Assembly (NCBI GenBank): GCA_028820935.1
Contig: JAPPHZ010000021.1
Location: 6,755 to 70,754 of the forward strand
Length of the DNA: 64,000 nucleotides
Source of the DNA: a bacterium
Lineage (GTDB): Bacteria; Actinomycetota; Acidimicrobiia; Spongiisociales; Spongiisociaceae
Direction: 5' to 3'
Positions 37,821-48,095 of the stretch are shown here, one piece after another. Under the pieces are notes generated by a model. The model worked only from the letters and a program-made list of their open reading frames with translations, was not told where the DNA came from and made no database searches. Position numbers and translations under genes: made by a program. Position 1 is the stretch's first letter. Every line of letters starts with the position of its first letter.

Positions 37821-37883
37821 GCCCGTTCGAGGGATCTGTTGCAATCACCCGATTCGGGCCGGCGAAGACGCGATGCCAGAATC

Positions 37884-38110
37884 TGTCTCACCCCCGTTGT
37901 ACGTTGACCATCGCCAAGCACCAACACTGGCCGGAAGCGTCTCGCCGATCGGTTCGGTCAGCCCGAGGGAACATCAAGCTCGATGGAGCGGAGGGCCGCA
38001 TCCCGGCAGCCGGCAGGGCATGGCCGACCACGCTCCGAACAGGACAGGTGGTGGTGGGGGAGGGCCCGGTGCGGAGCGCCGTTCGGCGGAGCGATTTTCG
38101 CGTTCTCGGG
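37884..38110 (+). repeat. Noncoding repeat family B, copy 1
   Basis: It shares blocks with 54967-55201 and 42871-43080. The blocks are GTSTCAC..CCC, GAGGGAAC, GGAGCG and GGCATGGCCGACCACGCTCC...GGACAGGTGGTGG.GGGGAGGGCCCGGTGCGGAGC (~90% identical to copy 2 over ~65 nt), then TTTTCGCG...TCTCGG. Indels break every reading frame. Confidence 0.6.
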
Positions 38111-38214
38111 TCGTTCCGGGGTGTCGGGCGGCAGGTCACGATACCCGTTCCCGGGTCCCGGCGGAGGATCCGGGCAAGGCACGGGGGGCTCGTTCGCCAG
38201 GGGAGGAGCGCCTG

Positions 38215-38691
38215 ATGCGCGTGACCGGTGTCGAACGGGGGACCACTCCATCGGGAGACCCCTTCTCCTTGCTCCATGTCGAGATGGCCCAGCGGTACCG
38301 CCATGCGGTCGGGTCGGCCGATCCCTTCTATCGGGGTCTTGAAGAAGGGGTGCTGCGGGCCACCGTATGCCCGGAGTGCGGGTCGACCTGGTTCCCTCCC
38401 CGGCAGTTCTGCGATACCGACCTGTCCGAGGCCACCTGGTACGACCTGCCCGGCACCGGGAGGATCGTGGCCGCCACCCGTGTCCACAGCCCCCCTCCGT
38501 TCGGCGGCATCGAGGTTCCCTACATTCTCGGCTCGATCCGGCTCGACGGGGTGGCCGGGGGCATCACCCACCGGGTGATCTGTGACGAAGTACCGGTGCG
38601 GGGTACCGTGGTGGCGGTGACGTTCAGCAACAGCCAACCAGCCCATCCGCTCCTGCGGATAGCGTTCGCAGTCGAGGAGGTGACCGCGTGA
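38215..38691 (+). CDS. DUF35-type OB-fold / zinc-ribbon protein (usual partner of thiolase-like proteins)
   Basis: The start is at MRVTGV (ATG 38215), with a GGAGGAG SD. It contains CPECGSTWFPPRQFC, a rubredoxin-like ribbon, followed by an OB fold. Confidence 0.75.
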   Translation: MRVTGVERGTTPSGDPFSLLHVEMAQRYRHAVGSADPFYRGLEEGVLRATVCPECGSTWFPPRQFCDTDLSEATWYDLPGTGRIVAATRVHSPPPFGGIEVPYILGSIRLDGVAGGITHRVICDEVPVRGTVVAVTFSNSQPAHPLLRIAFAVEEVTA

Positions 38692-39530
38692 CCCGACCGG
38701 TCGGCATCGAGATCTTCTACTGGCTCGACAGGTGGTCGGACGACCAGTCCTCCGTGTTCTCGAAGGCCGCCGAGGCCGGCTACGAAGGGGTGGAGATCTC
38801 CCTGGTGGCAGGCCTCGACGTGGGCGTCGAGCGGATGGCGAATACCGCCCGGTCGCTGGGCCTCGACGTTCTGTGCAGCACCGGGCTGAGCCCGACCATG
38901 GACATATCCAGCCCCGATGCCTCGGTTCGAAGGGCTGGTATTGACCATCTGCGACGGTGCCTCGATGACGCCGCCCGGCTGGGCAGCCCGATCCTGGGGG
39001 GTGTCACGTACGCCACCTGGATGGGCTTTCCGGAGGGTGACCACGATGGCTACCGGGAGCGATCGGCAGCCGCCCTTCACGAGATCGCCGGCTACGCCTC
39101 CACACTCGGCATCGATGTCTGTCTGGAAGTACTCAACCGGTTCGAGACCTTCATGTTCAACACCGTGGCCGGCTGCCTGGATTTCATCGACATGGTCGAT
39201 CATCCCTCCGTCAAGGTCGAGCTCGACACCTTCCACATGAACATGGAGGAGGACGACCTCGCCGGGGCCGTCCGCCTGGCGGGGAGCCGGATCGGCCACG
39301 TCCAGGTGGCCGCCAACAACCGGCGGGCGCCCCAGTACGGCCACATCGACTGGGCTTCGTTCAGCGAGGCTCTGGACGACGCCGGCTACGAGGGTTGGGT
39401 GGTCTTCGAGACCTTCCCCAACTCGAGGGTCGAGACCGGCCAGGCCACCTATGCCTGGCGGGATCTGACCGACCGTCCCGATGAGGACGCGGCGGAGGCG
39501 GCCCGCTTCATCCGGGAGAACATCGCGTGA
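38688..39530 (+). CDS. Ketose 3-epimerase-like sugar (phosphate) isomerase/epimerase (xylose-isomerase-like TIM barrel)
   Basis: It contains GYEGVE, LEVLNRFET and LDTFHMNMEE, which resemble the tagatose/psicose 3-epimerase family. Confidence 0.75.
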   Translation: MTRPVGIEIFYWLDRWSDDQSSVFSKAAEAGYEGVEISLVAGLDVGVERMANTARSLGLDVLCSTGLSPTMDISSPDASVRRAGIDHLRRCLDDAARLGSPILGGVTYATWMGFPEGDHDGYRERSAAALHEIAGYASTLGIDVCLEVLNRFETFMFNTVAGCLDFIDMVDHPSVKVELDTFHMNMEEDDLAGAVRLAGSRIGHVQVAANNRRAPQYGHIDWASFSEALDDAGYEGWVVFETFPNSRVETGQATYAWRDLTDRPDEDAAEAARFIRENIA

Positions 39531-40540
39531 GCGTCCGCAGCCGGCGTTTCCTCAACGACCCGGCGCGGGCGGTGGAGGAGATGCTGGAGGGATACGTCGC
39601 CGCCCATGCCGGCATCATCTCGCTCCGGGACGGCATGGTGGTCCGCGCCGTTCCCAAGGCCGAGGGCAAGGTGGGCGTGGTGATCGGCAACGGTTCCGGC
39701 CACGAGCCGGCCATGATCGGCTGGGTGGGGGAGGGGCTGTTCGACGTCAACGTGGCCGGTCCGATCTTCTCCTCGCCGGGACCGGCGGCGATCCTCCGGG
39801 GTATCGAGGCGGCCGACCGGGGCGGCGGGGTGCTGCTACTGGTCTCCAGCCATGCCGGGGACATCATGAACGCCGAGCTGGCCATCGACGAAGCGGAGGA
39901 CCAGGGCATCGACGGCGTGGAGATGGTGGTCCTCTACGACGACGTGGCGTCGGCTCCCAAGGACCGGATCACGGAGCGGCGGGGCGGCGCCGGGCTCTTC
40001 TTCGTGTGGAAGATGGTGGGGGCGGCGGCCGAACGGGGCGACTCCCTGGAGGCATGCGCCGCGATCGCCCGCAAGGTCCGGGATCGCACCCGCTCGCTCT
40101 CGGCGGCGACCGGCACGGTGGTCCATCCGGTGAGCGGGCAACCCCTCGGGGACCCCGAGGACACCACCCTGTCGGTGGGCATGGGGGTTCATGGCGAGCC
40201 GGGCGACCGGCTCGGCGAGGATGTCGGGGCGGACGAGATCGCCGGGCTGATGATCGACCGGCTCCTGGATGACGCCGAACTACCGTCCGGGGCGCAGGTG
40301 GGCCTGCTGCTCAACAACGCCGGATCGCTGACGCTGATGGAACTGTCGGTCCTCTACCGGGGGGCTCGCGCCGCCCTGGAGCGGAGGGGCATCGAGTCGG
40401 TGCGGTCCTGGATGGGCTCCTACGCCACCACGCTCGATATGGCGGGGTTCGCGTTCGCCATCTGCCACATGGATGGCGAGCTGATCGATCTCTACGACCG
40501 GCCTGCCGCGGGAGCCGGGTTCACGATGGCAGGTCGGTAG
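39527..40540 (+). CDS. dhaK: Dihydroxyacetone-kinase-type kinase, DhaK (substrate-binding) subunit
   Basis: It contains RRFLNDP...GNGSGHEPA and a DhaK fold. It overlaps the upstream stop. Confidence 0.85.
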   Translation: MSVRSRRFLNDPARAVEEMLEGYVAAHAGIISLRDGMVVRAVPKAEGKVGVVIGNGSGHEPAMIGWVGEGLFDVNVAGPIFSSPGPAAILRGIEAADRGGGVLLLVSSHAGDIMNAELAIDEAEDQGIDGVEMVVLYDDVASAPKDRITERRGGAGLFFVWKMVGAAAERGDSLEACAAIARKVRDRTRSLSAATGTVVHPVSGQPLGDPEDTTLSVGMGVHGEPGDRLGEDVGADEIAGLMIDRLLDDAELPSGAQVGLLLNNAGSLTLMELSVLYRGARAALERRGIESVRSWMGSYATTLDMAGFAFAICHMDGELIDLYDRPAAGAGFTMAGR

Positions 40541-40545
40541 CGGCC

Positions 40546-41187
40546 ATGATCGACCGGGACCTGGCGGTGCGGCTGGTGGTCGCCGCGTCCACGCGGGTGA
40601 GCGACCACCGGGACGAACTATCGCGGCTCGACTCGGTGGCGGGCGACGGCGACCACGGGGTCAACATGGCGACCGCCCTGGCGGAGGCCGCCCGCCGGGC
40701 CGAGCAGGGCGATCACGGCACGGCCGCAGACGTGATGAGAGCCACCGGATCCGCCTTCCACGAGACCGTGGGCGGCGCCGCCGGTGCATTGTTCGGCGCC
40801 TTCTTCGGCGCTCTGGCCGGGCAGCTCTCCAAGGCGGCGGCGCCCGATGCGCCCCAGTTGGTGGCCGGTTTCGAGAAGGGCCTCGCCCGCGTGGCGCGGG
40901 TGGGCAAGGCGGAGCCTGGCCACAAGACCATGATCGACGCCCTGGCGCCGGCGGTGCGCGATGCCCGCCAGTCGTTGGACAGGGAGGATAGCCTGGAGGC
41001 GGTGGTGGCCGCGGCGGCCCGGGCCGCGCGCCGGGGCGCGACGGCGACCGCGGGCATGCGGCCCTCGGCGGGGCGGGCCCGCTTCGCCCCGGACCACAGC
41101 CTGGGAACCGAGGATCCCGGCGCCAACACGGTGGCCCTGGTCCTCGAGTCCTGGGCCCACCAGTTGAGAAGCGAGGTGAGGGTATGA
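40546..41187 (+). CDS. dhaL: Dihydroxyacetone-kinase-type kinase, DhaL (nucleotide-binding) subunit
   Basis: It contains LDSVAGDGDHGVNM, the DhaL motif, and is 213 aa. Confidence 0.85.
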   Translation: MIDRDLAVRLVVAASTRVSDHRDELSRLDSVAGDGDHGVNMATALAEAARRAEQGDHGTAADVMRATGSAFHETVGGAAGALFGAFFGALAGQLSKAAAPDAPQLVAGFEKGLARVARVGKAEPGHKTMIDALAPAVRDARQSLDREDSLEAVVAAAARAARRGATATAGMRPSAGRARFAPDHSLGTEDPGANTVALVLESWAHQLRSEVRV

Positions 41188-42623
41188 GCGGAGGGCGACT
41201 CCGGGTCGGATACGTGGGCGTGGCGTTCGAGAGCTATTACGCCGACGAGCACGACCAGTACCGGCGGGCCATCACCGGCCTCAGCCGCCTCTCGGACGAG
41301 CTGGACTTCGACCTGGTGGCCATCGAACAGGGGATCGGCGATCTCGACGCCGCCCGCGCCGCTGCCGACCACCTGTCGTCCCGGCAACTCGACTTCCTGG
41401 TCCTCCAGGCGGCTGCATGCGCCTCGGGCGAACTGCTGGAGCCGCTGGCGGCGGCCGCTCCCCGGCTCGGCCTCTGGGCCACTCCCGAGCCGGTACTGGA
41501 GGGATCCATCCAGCTCCACTCGCTGGTCTCGACCAACCACTTCGCCTCAATAATCCGCCGCTACCTGCGAGACCGGGGTGTGCCCTACAAGTGGTTCCTG
41601 GGCCACATCGACGAGCCGGAGACCGAACGGCGCTTCCGCGTCACCTTCCGGGCGCTGGCGGGGATCAAGGCGATGGCCTCGGCGCGGATCGGCTGGATAG
41701 GCGGCATCTCTCCCGGCTTCTACAACATGCTGTTCGACGAGGCCGGCCTGGAGAGCCGGTTCGGCACGACGGTCGGGACCCACACCATCGACGAGGTGGT
41801 CCGGCTGGCCCGGGCCGTCGAGACCCGCCCGGCCGCCTCCGTGGTACGGATGGCCACCGACCTGGCCACCGAGGTGACCGCCCCCTCGGTCGGCATGGAC
41901 CGCAACGCCCGCCTCTACCTGGCGCTCCGCCGGATGATCGAGACGGAGGGGTACGACGCCCTGGCGGTCCAGTGCTGGCCCAGCTTCCAGGAGGACTTCG
42001 ACATGGCACCGTGCATGGCCTACAGCCTGCTGGGCTCGGAGGACGGTGTGGCGGTCTCGTGCGAGGGGGACGTGCCCGGAGCGGTGACGATGCTCCTGAT
42101 GAACTCCATGTCGCCGAACCATGGGTCGGCCACCCTGCTGGACCTGACCACCCTCGACCTCGAAGCCGATGCCGCCCTGCTATGGCACTGCGGGGTCACG
42201 CCCCGCCACTTCGGCGCCGGCAACGGGATCCGCTGGGTCGATCACGTGACGCTGGGCCGCAAGTCGGATATCCGCTACGGGGTGTCGGGAGACCTGCTGT
42301 TCGCTCCCCAGCAGACCACCATCGCCTATGCGGGGGACGACTTCCGCGAGCTGTTCATCGCTACCGCCGAGGTGGTGGACACCGGCAAGGCCGGGTTCGA
42401 CGGCACCCGCGGCTGGTTCACCCGCTTCCGGCTCAACGGGGAGCCGATCGAGTTGATGGACCTGGTCAACACCGTGATGGTCCAGGGCCGGGAGCACCAC
42501 TACGCCGTGGCGCAGGGTGACCTGTCCTCGGAGCTGGCGGAAGTGGCCGCCTGGCTCGGCATGCGCACCACCCAGCCCATCCCGATGCGCGATCACCTAC
42601 AGATCGAGGGCCTCAACACATGA
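41184..42623 (+). CDS. L-fucose/L-arabinose isomerase-family protein
   Basis: 479 aa. The N-terminal Rossmann-like LRVGYVGV... and the central VSCEGDVPGAVTMLLM motif are typical of this isomerase family. Confidence 0.6.
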   Translation: MSGGRLRVGYVGVAFESYYADEHDQYRRAITGLSRLSDELDFDLVAIEQGIGDLDAARAAADHLSSRQLDFLVLQAAACASGELLEPLAAAAPRLGLWATPEPVLEGSIQLHSLVSTNHFASIIRRYLRDRGVPYKWFLGHIDEPETERRFRVTFRALAGIKAMASARIGWIGGISPGFYNMLFDEAGLESRFGTTVGTHTIDEVVRLARAVETRPAASVVRMATDLATEVTAPSVGMDRNARLYLALRRMIETEGYDALAVQCWPSFQEDFDMAPCMAYSLLGSEDGVAVSCEGDVPGAVTMLLMNSMSPNHGSATLLDLTTLDLEADAALLWHCGVTPRHFGAGNGIRWVDHVTLGRKSDIRYGVSGDLLFAPQQTTIAYAGDDFRELFIATAEVVDTGKAGFDGTRGWFTRFRLNGEPIELMDLVNTVMVQGREHHYAVAQGDLSSELAEVAAWLGMRTTQPIPMRDHLQIEGLNT

Positions 42624-42784
42624 CGGCGGACATGCCAAGCCGCATCGACGAACTGATCGCCACGGGTCGGGCCAGGCCTGCGCTGCGGCGTCTCGGCGAC
42701 CTACCGGTACCGGAACCGAGGAGTCCGGGCGACCCGATCCTCTCGGGGGAACTGGCGAAAACGCGCCGCACTGAGCGCTACTAG
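42620..42784 (+). CDS. Small (54 aa) ORF resembling the C-terminal half of actinobacterial Phd/YefM-type antitoxins, not in the ORF track
   Basis: The ATG overlaps the upstream TGA (ATGA). Translation gives MTADMPSRIDELIATGRARPALRRLGDLPVPEPRSPGDPILSGELAKTRRTERY. The pattern L.A.G..RPA.R.L.DLP.P....SE.L...R..ER is from memory only. Confidence 0.25.
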   Translation: MTADMPSRIDELIATGRARPALRRLGDLPVPEPRSPGDPILSGELAKTRRTERY

Positions 42785-42870
42785 CGTCTCGTGTCGTCGG
42801 CTCGCGGAGATCTGTGTCTCGCGACCGTCGCGGGCGGCGCGGGTCTGGTACGCGCACGAGGGGGTTGAAA

Positions 42871-43080
42871 GTGTCACGCGCCCGTCGCATACTGCCCGGC
42901 AGCTACAAACACCGCCGGTTTCTTGCTGTTCGACGTCGAGGGAACCGGAACCGGGATCAATTCGGGAGCGGACCCGCAGGGGATGGCGGAACGCGTTCGG
43001 ACCGAAGGAGGTGGTGGCTGGGGGATGGGCCCGCCGGGTTGGGGCGTGTTCCGGCGTTTTTCGCGTTCTCGTCGTCTCGG
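42871..43080 (+). repeat. Noncoding repeat family B, copy 3 (most diverged)
   Basis: It has the same block order as copies 1 and 2: GTGTCACGCGCCC, GAGGGAAC, GGAGCGG, GGAGGTGGTGGCTGGGGGATGGGCCC, TTTTTCGCGTTCTC...TCTCGG. Confidence 0.5.
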
Positions 43081-43198
43081 GAGTGGATCACGAACGATCG
43101 AATCAGGGCACTAGATTCCTTGCCTGTCGTTTACTTGATGAGGTGGTAGCGCACGCTATGAAGGCAGGATCATCGGCTCGTTGCGGGAGACGTGTGGT

Positions 43199-44116
43199 AT
43201 GACGGCGTCCTCCGATATCCGGTCGGGGGAGCGCTCGGAGCGTCTGGCGCGGGTCGCTACGGAAGACGGTCTCTTCACGGTGCTGGCGATCGATCATGTG
43301 GGGTCGTTCGCCCAGACCGTGCGTCCGGACCAACCGGATGCCATGACCGCCGCCGACATCAGCGCCGCCAAGGAGCCGATCATCGCGGCGCTCGGCCCGA
43401 TCAGCGGGGCGGTCCTGATCGACCCGGGCTATCTTGTGGCCATCGAGTCGACCGGTCCGGGCCGCCCGGAAGGTCTGGGCCTGATACTCGGCATCGAGGA
43501 CGGGGACTACTCCGACGTGCGCACGGCCCCTCGTCTCCTCCCCGGCTGGAGCGCGGAGCGGGCGGCCGAGATGGGAGCGGACGCCGTCAAGATCTCCGTG
43601 TACTACGACCCGGACGGGGACATGTCGGCGGCGGAGCGGTTCGTTACGGATGTGGTGGGGCAATGCCGGGCGGCCGGGTTGCCGCTCTTCTGCGAACCGC
43701 TGGCGCTGTACGAGGATCCCGGGGACCGTACACGGGCCGTGCTGGAAGGGGTGAGAAGGCTAGGCCCGCTGGGCGCCGAAGTGCTGAAGCTGCAGTTCCC
43801 CGTCATGCCGGAGGCCGGCCGACGCGATCCCGAGGAGTGGGCCGAGGCCTGTGCCGAGGTCGACCGGCTGAGCCCGGTTCCCTGGGTCATCCTTTCCGAG
43901 GGCAGCGACTTCGGGCTGTTCCGCGACCAGGTGCGGGTGGCCTGCGCGGCGGGAGCGTCGGGGTTCCTGGGAGGTCGGGCCATCTGGCGTGAACTCGCCA
44001 CCGGCGAGCGTGACGCGCAGCATGCCGCCGGGCGGATGACCGAACTGTGTGCCGTGGCCCGGGCCGAAGGTACGGCTTGGACGACCTCGCTGGCTCGGCG
44101 CAGCACGACCAGGTAA
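43199..44116 (+). CDS. Class I aldolase of the tagatose-bisphosphate / LacD-YihT family
   Basis: The start is at MTASSD (ATG 43199). It contains LAIDHVGSF, AVKISVYY and VLKLQFP strands typical of DeoC/LacD-type aldolases. Confidence 0.65.
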   Translation: MTASSDIRSGERSERLARVATEDGLFTVLAIDHVGSFAQTVRPDQPDAMTAADISAAKEPIIAALGPISGAVLIDPGYLVAIESTGPGRPEGLGLILGIEDGDYSDVRTAPRLLPGWSAERAAEMGADAVKISVYYDPDGDMSAAERFVTDVVGQCRAAGLPLFCEPLALYEDPGDRTRAVLEGVRRLGPLGAEVLKLQFPVMPEAGRRDPEEWAEACAEVDRLSPVPWVILSEGSDFGLFRDQVRVACAAGASGFLGGRAIWRELATGERDAQHAAGRMTELCAVARAEGTAWTTSLARRSTTR

Positions 44117-44130
44117 GGCCGGAACGGGCC

Positions 44131-44895
44131 ATGGCAGGCAGCCGGCGTCTCTACTCCGACCTGGCCTATTTGTGGCCGCTCGTCAGCCCCCCGGAGGACT
44201 ACGCCGAGGAGGCGGGCCACTGGAGGGACGCCATCCGCGCCCGGCTGGGCGGGGGGCGCCATCGCATCCTCGAACTCGGCGTGGGTGGCGGCCACAACCT
44301 GTCGCATCTCACCTCCGACTTCGAGGCCACCGGGGTCGACCTGTCCTCGGAGATGCTCGAGCACTCCCGGCGGTTGAACCCCGGCGTGGAGCATCACGTG
44401 GGCGACATGCGGACGGTGCGCTTGGGGAAGGTGTTCGACGCGGTGCTCATCCACGATGCGGTGGCCTACATGCTGACTGAGGACGACTTGAGGGCGGCCT
44501 TCGCCACCGCCCGGGCCCATCTGCGACCGGGCGGCCTGCTCCTGGTGGCGCCCGACCTGGTGGCAGAGTCCTTCGTGGAAGGGAAGGTCCTGCGCTGGGA
44601 CATCCCGCCGCCATCCCGGCCCGGCGACCCCGAGGTGAAGGTGGCGGAGCGGCTGACCGACCCCGATCCGACCGACACCACTATCGAGTCCTGGATCACC
44701 TACACGATCACCGAGGGAGGCCGCCGGCGTGTGGAGACCGACCTCCACGTCACCGGCCTCTTCCCGCTGGCGACCTGGGTGTCCCTCATGGAGGAGGCCG
44801 GCTTCGAGACCGAGGTCCTTCCCCTCCCAGGCGACGGAGACGGATGTGGGGAAAACCTCTTCTCCGGCGTGCTGGACGAGTGCCCGTCGCCATAG
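44131..44895 (+). CDS. Class I SAM-dependent methyltransferase
   Basis: The start is at MAGSRRLYSDLAYLW (ATG 44131). Motif I is ILELGVGGG and a post-I acidic residue is present. Confidence 0.75.
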   Translation: MAGSRRLYSDLAYLWPLVSPPEDYAEEAGHWRDAIRARLGGGRHRILELGVGGGHNLSHLTSDFEATGVDLSSEMLEHSRRLNPGVEHHVGDMRTVRLGKVFDAVLIHDAVAYMLTEDDLRAAFATARAHLRPGGLLLVAPDLVAESFVEGKVLRWDIPPPSRPGDPEVKVAERLTDPDPTDTTIESWITYTITEGGRRRVETDLHVTGLFPLATWVSLMEEAGFETEVLPLPGDGDGCGENLFSGVLDECPSP

Positions 44896-44898
44896 CCA

Positions 44899-44970
44899 GT
44901 GGTCTGTCTGTGGAGTGGCGGTGGTGGTGTGACCGCCAGAACACTCCTGGTTGTTGCTCCGACAGACCAC
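44899..44970 (-). mobile_element. MITE-like element, family A, copy 3 (internally deleted, inverted relative to copies 1 and 2)
   Basis: The ends are GTGGTCTGTCTGTG ... CGACAGACCAC. Both arms are retained (~40 + ~32 nt) but the central ~90 nt are missing. It sits between the methyltransferase stop and katG. Confidence 0.55.
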
Positions 44971-44973
44971 TAG

Positions 44974-47235
<2,262 letters not shown>

Positions 47236-47402
47236 GCCCTGCGACTCGACTTTCGCGTCTGTCCCAGGAGTGCGGAGTCGGGTGAACCTCCGGACCGGAT
47301 CGGGACACACCGAGGCCAGTTGAACGGGAGGGGTCCACCCACCGTCCGACAGCCGGTCGTCACGGACTTGCGGAGTGTCGGGTGGTGTGGAACGCTGGAT
47401 AG

Positions 47403-47951
47403 ATGGCGCGTATCGAGGTCATTCCCGACGATTCCTGGGATGGTGAGCTCGGCGATCTCTATCCACGGGTCGTCGATCCCGCATACGGGCGGGTCGACAA
47501 CATCATGGCCGTGCACTCGCTCAACCCCCGCGGCATGGCTGCGCACCTGCGCCTCTACGAGTCGGCGATGGCCGGCACCGCGACCCTCCGCAAGGTCGAG
47601 CGGGAGCTCATCGCCCTGGTGGTGAGCCTCGAGAACGACTGCCACTACTGAGTCGTCCACCACCGGCGCGGTCTGCGCCGCCTGATCAAGGACGATGAGC
47701 TGGTCGAGGCGATCGAACAGGACTGGACAGCCGCCGACCTGTCGCCCAAGCGGCGGTCGATGCTGAGGTTCGCCGTCAAGCTGACCACCACGCCCGCCGC
47801 AATGGACGGAGCGGACGTAGAGGCCCTGCGATCGGCCGGTTTCTCCGATCGTGACATCCTCGACATAGTCGAGGTGGTCGGCTACTACGCCTACGCCAAC
47901 CGGGTCGCCGACGGTCTCGGCATCGAGACCGAATCCTGGATCCCCGACTGA
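47403..47951 (+). CDS. AhpD/carboxymuconolactone-decarboxylase-family peroxidase-related protein with an in-frame UGA (candidate selenocysteine) at 47649-47651
   Basis: ORFs 47403..47651 and 47760..47951 share one frame, and the frame is open from 47652. Read-through gives ...ELIALVVSLENDCHY[U]VVHHRRGLRRLIKDDELV.... This is the CMD core N.C.YC..H with the second Cys replaced by UGA. Confidence 0.7.
47652..47696 (+). promoter_or_regulatory. Candidate bacterial SECIS stem-loop
   Basis: The apical stem is CGGCGC/GCGCCG (47664-69 / 47675-80) with loop GGUCU. The loop begins 18 nt after UGA. The outer helix is GUCGUCC / GGACGAU (47652-58 / 47690-96). Confidence 0.55.
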
Positions 47952-48095
47952 CCCACCCGGAGCCGGCAGGCGCGCTCGTTCCCCCGCCGGCAGCAGGAAC
48001 AAGATCCGGGGGCCTCGTTAGCATCGTTCGGTGATGAGCGCCGGAACCACCAGCCTCGGCCGCCGCCCGGCCGGAGTGCCCCTGGGGGACCGGTA

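Noticed and set aside
37873-38214. N-terminal 114-aa extension of the DUF35 ORF, and ORF 54883..55308, as coding versions of the family B repeat
   Set aside because: The three copies differ by indels that shift frame relative to each other. The translations are Gly/Arg/Pro-rich, and the DUF35 gene has its own SD + ATG at 38215.
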